A stretch of DNA of 64,000 bases, taken from NCBI GenBank assembly GCA_964016885.1, contig OZ024742.1, positions 135,346,001-135,410,000 on the forward strand. Direction: 5' to 3'. The notes beneath the pieces were generated by a model. It worked only from the letters and a program-made list of their open reading frames with translations. It ran no database searches and was not told where the DNA came from. The DNA is from Eledone cirrhosa. Lineage: Eukaryota. The position numbers and the translations under genes are program-made. Each line of letters starts with the position of its first letter. Position 1 is the stretch's first letter. Shown here in pieces: positions 55,159 through 64,000 of this stretch.

Positions 55159-58100
55159 CAGTTGAATTTATCTTCCTTTATGTTCATACGAGTTATCACC
55201 ACGTCACAACCAGTGACCTCAAGAGACAATAAGGTCCGCCATGTTCAAGAAAAAACATACATACACACACATGCATCTTTAGGTGTTTAGACTTGTGATG
55301 TACTTATATTAACAGAATCTTCCTTAGTATATGGGCAGTTCCCTTTAGTACTATATTTTGTATTTCTCCTATATGCGGGTTTCCTGGGATTTGCAATAAG
55401 TAATCATTAGACCCCTTAGGTATCATTCTTAGAGCGCCTACAACTACTGGTATTGTTTTAGTTCTCAATTTCCACATTTTTCCAATTTCTATCTCCAGGT
55501 CCTTATACTTGTTCAATTTTTCAAATGTTTTTATAGATAAAAATTATACACAATAGACATTGTTGTCTATTGGAACGGACATATCAATTAGCAGGCATAC
55601 CCTCTTTTTAAAGTCCTTCAGTATTATATCAGGTCTATTTGCATCTATTTTTCGGTCTGTTTGGATGCTAAAGTTCCACAAGATTTGATGTGATCTTTTT
55701 CAAGTATGGGAGGTGGTTGATGCTCCCACCAATTCTTTTGATGGGGCAGGTCAAAATGCTTACATTATCCAATGTATGTATTGTGAAGCGCTGTCATGCC
55801 TGTTTAGGTATTCGGTTGGAGCTATAGGACTGCACATTGAAATTATATGATCAATGGTCTCTGGCTGTCTTTTACATACACGGCATAATGGGTTGCATCC
55901 ATTTTTTATTATGTTGGCTTGGTAATTTTTTGTTGGCAGACACTGATCTTGTGCTGATATAATCAGTCCTTCAGTCTCCGATTTCAGTCCAGAGGATGAC
56001 AACCACTGATGGGTTAAAGTTTTGTCAACATCAGGATTGTTAGCTATTTCTGGGTATTTTCCATACATAGGCTTTTCTTGCCATTTCTTAGCCAGTTTCT
56101 GTAGCAGTTCTTTCTTTGCAGTTAATTTTACCTGCTTTGCTTTTTTTGTGTTTTCCATTTCAGCAGTAAATGGGATGTCTGAAATTTGTAGTCCATTACT
56201 GTATCTTTGTGCATCTTTTGTAATGGAGTATGATCTTTTGATGCTTTCGTGTTTCAAAACAAGTTTGATCATACAATCATGTGATTCCCTTAGATATGTA
56301 GATAATCCAATTGTTGCAGTTTTCAACGCAATATCTAACTGGATTAACCCACGTCCTCCTTCTTTCTTAGGGAGATATATTCTATCTGTATCTGCCTTAG
56401 GGTGATGCATTCTGTGCATGGTTAAGAATTTTCTAATTTTTGTATCGAGCCTACGGATCTCTGAGCTTGACCAGTTGATGACATTGTAACTGTAGGTTAC
56501 TACTGGTATGGCAAGCGTGTTTATAGCATCGATCCTATTCCTTGCATTCAATTCCGTTCTTAAGATTGCTCTTACTCTGCGGTAACATTCCTTCCTTATC
56601 GTTTCCCTCATTGTCGAGTGCTTGATACCGTCTCCTTCACAAATGCCGAGATATTTGTAAGTTTCCTCTTGATAAGTTCTCTTATCACACTCCCCCGATC
56701 AAGATTAATGTCTGAGCTTTTTAGCATCTTTCCTCTGGTGAACGTTGCTTTGGCGCATTTATCTTGTCCAAACACCTTTTTAATGTCATCACTGAACTGC
56801 TCCACAGTGGATAATAGCCCTTGCAATTGTTCATCATTTTTTTGCAAATAGTTTCAAGTCATCCATGTAGAACAAAGTGATTAATGGTTTTGTCATATAC
56901 TTTATATCCATGTTTTGTTTCATTGAGCATTTTACTTAATCGTATAAGTGCGATGCAGAATAAAAGCGGTGATAAAGAGTCACCCTAAATAATTCCACAA
57001 TTAATATTAACTTCTCCAGCTTCCAGTGATTCTTTTTCACTATTCAAAAGGAGTGTTGTTTTCCATGTCTTCATACTGAATGACAAGAACCTCCTGACAA
57101 CGGGAGATATTTTGAAAATCTCTAAACATTTTTCAATCCAACTGTGTGGCAAACTATCGAATGCTTTTTTATAATCTCGCCAAGCAGTTGATAGATTTTT
57201 GTGTCTATTATGACAATCTTCCAGTATCATTTTATTAACCAAAAGCTGATCTTTACAGCCATACGAGCCTCGTTTACACCCTATCTGCTCATTGAGAAAT
57301 AGATCATTTGTTATCAGGTGGTCATATGTATATTCAGTTAGGACTGATGTTAAAATTTTATACATTGTGGTCAAGCAAGTTATCGGTCTGTAATTTTGGG
57401 GATTGTTTGTCTCATCATTCTTCGGAAGCAGGAATGTAATGCCGTTAACTAGCCATGATGTTATCTTTTCTGGCTCCTTAACTATTTCATTGTAAATTTG
57501 GGCTAACAGTTCATGAGACTCTGTGAAGGCATTTATCCAAATATTTGGTAGTTTGTCTTTACCAGGGGATTTCCATTTGCTGGTTTTTCTAAGAGCCAAA
57601 CGCAACTGTTCAACTGTTATATTTTCCCATATTTGTTCCTCAAGGTGAGCTGTATCTTTCATTACTCTGTCTATCCATGGGGCATGTATATTATGAACTT
57701 TTTCTTCGTCCCAGATCTTTTCCTAGAATTCTTGCACATCCTCCTTGGGTGGTATTGATTTAGCAGTTATTGTTGACTTGCAAATTTTTCTGTAGAAGTT
57801 TCTTTGGTTGTTTTTGAACATATTATTGTCCTTATAGAATCTAGATCGTTTTTCAAAGCGCCTTATACGAGCAGCTTTGGCCGACAATTTTTGCTTGATT
57901 ATTTCTATCAGCATGTCTATGTCACTTGTTTATTTTATACTGTATTTTCTTTTCAATTTTTTAAGTTTAGATTGTTTAACATGTTCACCTGCTTTGTAGT
58001 TTGTTAACATTTCTATGTCAGATCGGAGAAGGTTTATTTGGCGATTGATATTCTTTTGCCAAGTAGATTTATTGTGGGAATTCCTTTGTTTTTTCATTTT

Positions 58101-59101
58101 CACTCCACGTAAGTGAGTGGTGACTTTAGCCGATGCATAATAGAGATGATTTAAATCAGTAATGTTTAGTTTGTTTGTGATGATAATGTTTTTGAGAATT
58201 ATGTTAGTCTTGTGTATTATCTTTTGGTTCTGTTTGGAGTTCTGGATCTTAGGGAGAGTGTCTCGTTCCCCCATGTCAGATTCTTTCATTTTCATCCATT
58301 GGATCATAATTTCATGCTTCAAGTTGGCAAGTTCATTCTCATTCATTTCTTTATCATTTACGATCTCATTATTTTCATTTGGAGTTTCATCTTGAGCATG
58401 CACTCCCTCCACTTTTTCGATCCTTTCTTTAATTTGTTCTCTTGTCAATTCCGCCCCAACCCTGGGATTCGAAGTGTTACAATTTACCTCGTTTTCACTG
58501 AAACATGTTTCATTTTCCCTTCGCTGACTTTGTGCTAATAGCTTGATCTGATCAATTTCTATATCAGTTAGTAACTTTTTTTAACAATATTTCTTCGTAT
58601 GTTGGCTAGTTTGTTACTGTCAATATAGCCTCTGTTTTCGGGATGTTTCTTTTTCCAGTTGATATATGTCTGTTCTGTATTCGATCTATTTGATGAGTAG
58701 TACATGGCAGTGTAGAAAGCCTCAAGGACTTCTTTATTGTCTTCCCTTGACCATTTTTCTCTCTTTTTCTTTGGATTTCTTGGTGGTGAGCATGGAGGGT
58801 CAACAGTAGGAGTATTCCGGTTATGGGAGATCTCCAACTTCGAAGCGATGGGAAGGTTTGAACCATTAGCTGATTTTTCGACCCCAGTCTGGTTCCTCCC
58901 GGGTGACGGCCGATCTGGTATGAGATTTTATCATTTGACATTTACTTTATTTTGTCGCGTTTTATACTTAACCGCCAAGGGGTAATCATTTCGTGTTACC
59001 ACTTCTAGGACGAGTGTCAACCAAGTCCAGAGGGGTCGTCCTCCCCTAGAGACACGGCTATTCCCCGCCGGCTGCCTTCCCGGTATTTCTTGGTCACGGG
59101 G
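55159..59101 (-). mobile_element. R4/Dong-clade RLE non-LTR retrotransposon, near full-length, disrupted (element A)
   Basis: N-terminal KREKWSREDNKEV; WKSPGKD, YRPITCL, FYMDDLK, CRVC..HIISMC, RPDII..IDMSVP..KYKDL; (TAA)n tail. Confidence 0.92.
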
Positions 59102-59251
59102 TTTTCTTTTTTGTTGTTTTTTAAATTGTTATTATCATGAGTGGTTCCTTAATGTGATCATTGCGTGGATTAAGAATGAAATTATTATTAATAATATAAT
59201 ATACTTTTTGTTAATAATATAATATACTTATTATTATTATTATTATTATTA

Positions 59252-61619
59252 CAGTTGCATTTATCTTGCTTTATGTTCATACGAGTTATCACCAAGTCAC
59301 AACCAGTGACCTCAAGAGACAACAAGGTCCGCCATGTTCAAGAAAGAACATACATATTCACACATGCATCTTTAGTGTTTAGACTTGTGATGTACTTATA
59401 TTGACAGAATCTTCCTTAGTATATGGGCAGTTCCCATTAATACTATCTTTTGTATTTCTCCTATACGCGGGTTTCCTGGGATTTGCGATATGTAATCATT
59501 ATACCCCTTAGGTATCATTCCCAGAGCGCCTACAACCACCGGTATTGTTTTAGTTCTCAATTTCCCCATTTTTCCAATTTCTATCTCCAGGTCCTTATAC
59601 TTGCTCAATTTTTCAAATGTTTTTATAGATACATTCTTGTCTATTGGAACAGACATATCAATTAGCAGGCATACCCTCTTTTGAAAGTCTTTCAATATTA
59701 TATCAGGTCTGTTTGCATCTATTTTTCGGTCTGTTTGGATGCTAAAGTTCCACAAGATTGAGATGTGATCTTTTTCAAGTATGGAAGGTGGTTGATGCTC
59801 CCACCAATTCTTTTGATGGGGCAGGTCAAAATGCTTACACATTATCCAATGTATGTATTGTGCAGCTCTGTCATGCCTGTTTAGGTATTTGGTTGGAGCT
59901 ATAGGACTGCACATTGAAATTATATGGTCAATGGTCTCTGGTTGTTTTTTGCATACACGGCATAATGGGCTGCACCCATTTTTTATTATGTTGGCTTGGT
60001 AATTTTTTGTTGGCTGACACTGATCTTGTGCCGATATAATCAGTCCTTCAGTCTCCGATTTTAGTCCAGAGGATGCCAACCACTGATGGGTTAAAGTTTT
60101 GTCAACATCAGGATTGTTAGCTCGCTCTGGGTATTTTCCATACAGAGGCTTTTCTTGCCATTTCTTAGCCAGTTTCTGTAGCAATTCTTTCTTTGCAGTT
60201 ACTTTTACCTGCTTTGCTTTTTCTGTGTTTTCCATTTCAGCAGTAAATGGGACTTCTGAAATTTGTAGTCCATTACTATATCTTTGTGCATCTTTTGTAA
60301 TGGAATATGATCTTTTGATGCTCTCGTGTTTCAAAACGAGTTTGATCATCCAATCATGTGATTCCCTTAGATATGTAGATAATCCAATTGTTGCAATTTT
60401 CAACGCAATGTCTAACTGGATTAACCCACGTCCTCCTTCTTTCCTAGGGAGATATATTCTATCTATATCTGCCTTAGGGTGATGCATTCTGTGCATGGTT
60501 AAGAATTTTCTAATTTTTGTATCGAGCCTACGGATCTCTGTGCTTGACCAGTTGATGACATTGTAACTGTAGGTTACTACTGGTATGGCAAGCGTGTTTA
60601 TGGCATCGATCCTATTCCTTGCATTCAATTCCGTTCTTAAGATTGCTCTTACTCTGCGGTAACATTCCTTCCTTATCCTTTCCCTCATTGTCGAGTGCTT
60701 GATTCCGTCTCCTTCACAAACACCGAGATATTTGTAAGTTTTTTCTTGATCAAGTTCTCTTATCACGTTCCCCCGATCAAGATTAATGTCTGAACTCTTC
60801 AGCAGCTTTCCTCTGGTGAACGTTGCTTTGGCGCATTTATCTAGTCCAAACTCCATTTTAATGTCATCACTGAACTGCTTCACAGTGGATAATAGCCCTT
60901 ACAATTGTTCATCATTTTTTGCAAATAGTTTCAGGTCATCCATGTAGAACAGGTGATTAATGGTTTTTTTCATAGACTTTATATCCCTGTTTTGTTTCAT
61001 TGAGCATTTTACTTAATGGTATAAGTGCGATGCAGAATAAAAGCGGTGATAAAGAGTCACCCTGAAAAATTCCACAATTAATATTAACTTCTCCAGCTTC
61101 CAGTGATTTTGTTTCACTATTCAATAGGAGTGTCGTTTTCCATGTCTTTATACTGAATGACAAAAACCTCCTGACAACGGGGGGATACTTTGAAATTCTC
61201 TAAACATTTTTCAATCCAACTGTGTGGCAAACTATCAAATGCTTTTTTATAATCTATCCAAGCAATCGATAGATTTTTGTGTCTATTATGACAATCTTAC
61301 AGTATCATTTTGTTAACCAGAAGCTGATCCTTACAGCCATATGAGCCTCGTTTACACCCTTTCTGCTCAATGGGAAATAGGTCATTTGTTATCAGGTGGT
61401 CATATGTGTATTCAGTTAGGACTGATGTTAAAATTTTATACATTGTGGTCAAGCAAGTTATCGGTCTGTAATTTTTGGGATTGTTTGTCTCATCATTCTT
61501 CGGAAGCAGGAATGTAATGCCGTTAACTAGCCATGAAGGTATCTTTTCTGGCTCCTTAACTATTTCATTGTAAAGTTGGGCTAACAGCTCATGAGACTCT
61601 GTGAAGGCATTTATCCAAT
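59252..61619 (-). mobile_element. R4/Dong element B (same family as A), 5'-truncated
   Basis: ORF 59396-60883 (495 aa) and [10 protein letters not shown]; 3' UTR nearly identical to A; (TAA)n tail. Confidence 0.92.
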
Positions 61620-61650
61620 ATTATTATTATTATTATTATTGTTATTGTTA

Positions 61651-61934
61651 TTCCTTGAATCTCAGTCATTGATGTTGGTTAACTGGAAAGTCCGTTGGAT
61701 TGAATATCAAGCCACTACCTGCAGCCTCAGATATTCAGGACGTATCGGAGGGTTCTTGCCGTTCCAAGCAAGCATGCCTTTTGAAGCGTTCCAAAAAGCG
61801 TGAAGGGGCCGATTTTCTTTAACCATCCCTGGAAACCTTTGGAGATAGTCCCCAGTGCGCCTATGACAATCGGGATCACTTTGACTTCATGGCAGTTCCA
61901 AATCCTTTTCACCTCCCACTTTAGGTCCTGGTAT
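61651..61934 (-). mobile_element. R4/Dong element C: 3' fragment matching the end of element D
   Basis: 316-bp offset duplicate of 61967-62250, with its own (TAA)n-type tail. Confidence 0.9.
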
Positions 61935-62042
61935 TATTATTATTATTATTATTATTGTTATTGTTATTCCTTGAATCTCAGTCATTGATGTTGGTTAACT
62001 GGAAAGTCCGTTGGATTGAATATCAAGCCACTACCTGCAGCC

Positions 62043-63971
62043 TCAGATATTCAGGACGTATCGGAGGGTTCTTGCCGTTCCAAGCAAGCATGCCTTTTGA
62101 AGCGTTCCAAAAAGCGTGAAGGGGCCGATTTTCTTTAACCATCCCTGGAAACCTTTGGAGATAGTCCCCAGTGCGCCTATGACAATCGGGATCACTTTGA
62201 CTTCATGGCAGTTCCAAATCCTTTTCACCTCCCACTTTAGGTCCTGGTATCGGTTAATTTTCTCCCTCTCCATCTCTTGCACTCTCGTGTCGAACGGGCA
62301 GGCCACATCCACAATCAGGCACGATCTTTTTTCTTTGTCCACAACCACCAGGTCAGGTCTATTGTGTTCCAGTTTTTTGTCCGTCTGTATCCTAAAATCC
62401 CACAGCACCTTCACCTGACTGTTCTCCATCACCGCCTCTGGCCTATGCTCATACCATTTCTCAGAATGTGGTAGATTGTTTACTTTGCACAGGTGCCAGT
62501 GGATCACCCTGCCCATCACATCGTGTCTCCAGCCCTTATAGTGGGTCTGGGCTAGGTGTTTACACTCGGACACAATGTGAGCCACAGTCTCCTCTCTCTC
62601 TCCACAGATCCTGCACAGTGGGCTAGCCTCCTCCTTGTAGATATGGTGCTTCAACCACTTCGTTTTGAGGGCCTGCTCCTGCGCAGCCATTAGCATTCCT
62701 TCTGTAGCCTTTTTGAGGTCTCCTCTTCTCAACCAGTTCCATGTCTGTGGATCTCTAAATTCAGTTTTCTCAAAGAAGGTACTATGAAGGGATTTTCCCT
62801 TAAGGCTGCTCTTCCTCCTTGATGTTATTTCCTCCTTGGGTATCCCCTGGCCTACTGTCCCCTCCTTCAGTACAGCTCTGAGCATTGGCTCCTTACTATA
62901 GGTCACGTATTTGTATAGGTTGTTTTTCTCCATCTGAACACAGTCCTCTATGCTGATAAGACCTCTTCCACCCTCAGATCTCCTTAGGTAGAGTCTATCG
63001 ACATCACTCCTCTTGTGGAACATGTTGTAGATAGTCAATAGCTTTCTAGTCTTCCTATCCATTTCTTTTTGTTCAGCAACATTCCATCTCAGAATTCCCG
63101 CACTGTACCTAATAATAGACACAGCTCGGGAATTTACTGCGCTTATGGCATTTCTGCTGTTCAGATGTGACTTCAATACGCTCCTTACTCTCCGAATGTA
63201 TTCAGTTCTTAACAATTCCTTCATTTTTTTGTTCTTTATGCCATCAGCCTCCAGAACGCCCAAATACTTGTATCCTTCCTCAGAGTCAATTTCCTTTATC
63301 ATCTCACCTGTTGGTATCTGGATCCCGTTACTTCTGCTCAACCTACCCCTCCTCATCACAATGACTCCACATTTACCAATACCAAACTGCATACATATAT
63401 CACTGCTGAAAATACGGACAGTGTCAACAAGCACATCCAACTCCTTCTCACTTTTCCCGAAGAGCTTAAGATCGTCCATGAAGAGGAGGTGATTGATGGT
63501 AAGCTCTCCCCTTCCCAACTTGTATCCTGCTCTCACTTTTCGCAGCATAATGGTCAAGGGCATCAGGGCAAGGACAAACAACAGAGGGGACAGGCTATCT
63601 CCCTGGAAGATACCTCTCTTGATCTTCACGCTTCCCAAGGATACTCCAGTTGATGTCAACTCTGTCTCCCAGGACCCCATACTCCTGCCCAGCAACTGTC
63701 TGATGTTATCTGCCACCCTGAAGATCTCCAGGCTTTTGGTGATCCAGGAATGAGGCACCATGTCAAATGCCTTTCTGTAGTCTATCCATCCCATGGCAAG
63801 ATCAGTGTGTCTCCTCCTGCAATTCCCCATTACCATCTTATCAATAAGCAACTGGTCCTTTGTACCACGTGACTTCTTTCGGCATCCTTTCTGTTCGTCC
63901 GGCAACAAGTTGTTTGTGTGGAGGTGATGGTAGATTTCCTCAGACACAATGCTCGTCAACAGTTTCCACAT
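62043..63971 (-). CDS. R4/Dong element D (second family) RT-CCHC-RLE ORF, uninterrupted, continues beyond the window
   Basis: [45 protein letters not shown]; no stops over 642 aa. Confidence 0.95.
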   Translation of the reverse strand: MWKLLTSIVSEEIYHHLHTNNLLPDEQKGCRKKSRGTKDQLLIDKMVMGNCRRRHTDLAMGWIDYRKAFDMVPHSWITKSLEIFRVADNIRQLLGRSMGSWETELTSTGVSLGSVKIKRGIFQGDSLSPLLFVLALMPLTIMLRKVRAGYKLGRGELTINHLLFMDDLKLFGKSEKELDVLVDTVRIFSSDICMQFGIGKCGVIVMRRGRLSRSNGIQIPTGEMIKEIDSEEGYKYLGVLEADGIKNKKMKELLRTEYIRRVRSVLKSHLNSRNAISAVNSRAVSIIRYSAGILRWNVAEQKEMDRKTRKLLTIYNMFHKRSDVDRLYLRRSEGGRGLISIEDCVQMEKNNLYKYVTYSKEPMLRAVLKEGTVGQGIPKEEITSRRKSSLKGKSLHSTFFEKTEFRDPQTWNWLRRGDLKKATEGMLMAAQEQALKTKWLKHHIYKEEASPLCRICGEREETVAHIVSECKHLAQTHYKGWRHDVMGRVIHWHLCKVNNLPHSEKWYEHRPEAVMENSQVKVLWDFRIQTDKKLEHNRPDLVVVDKEKRSCLIVDVACPFDTRVQEMEREKINRYQDLKWEVKRIWNCHEVKVIPIVIGALGTISKGFQGWLKKIGPFTLFGTLQKACLLGTARTLRYVLNI

Positions 63972-64000
63972 TACGGGCAGACATGTGATAGGTCTATAGT

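Overview
Eukaryotic (metazoan), AT-rich, microsatellite-dense DNA. The SINE types suggest a cephalopod such as an octopus; this is inference. No confidently identifiable host gene was found, only weak candidate exons. The window is dominated by retroelements. (1) 0-17 kb: tRNA-derived SINEs, an RTE/Rex3-like LINE fragment and a decayed mariner whose end forms a palindrome. (2) 18-41 kb: a Penelope-like element (PLE) hotspot embedded in (AT)n tracts. It holds two Neptune-type PLE copies, several PLE 3' ends and a ~430-bp non-coding hammerhead-ribozyme (HHR) unit in inverted pairs (retrozyme/pLTR-like). It also holds a three-fold, near-identical ~2.8-kb tandem amplification; each unit has an uninterrupted RT-less GIY-YIG endonuclease ORF flanked by inverted repeats. 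Reading by eye finds about a dozen type-I HHR or HHR-like motifs from at least seven sequence families. (3) 41-48.6 kb: a Tx1-like LINE with a duplicated ORF1-end/AP-endonuclease module. (4) 53-64 kb: a decayed PLE and a head-to-tail stack of four R4/Dong-clade elements separated by (TAA)n; the last has an intact ORF running off the window. Coordinates were read manually and element boundaries are approximate. No database searches were run.
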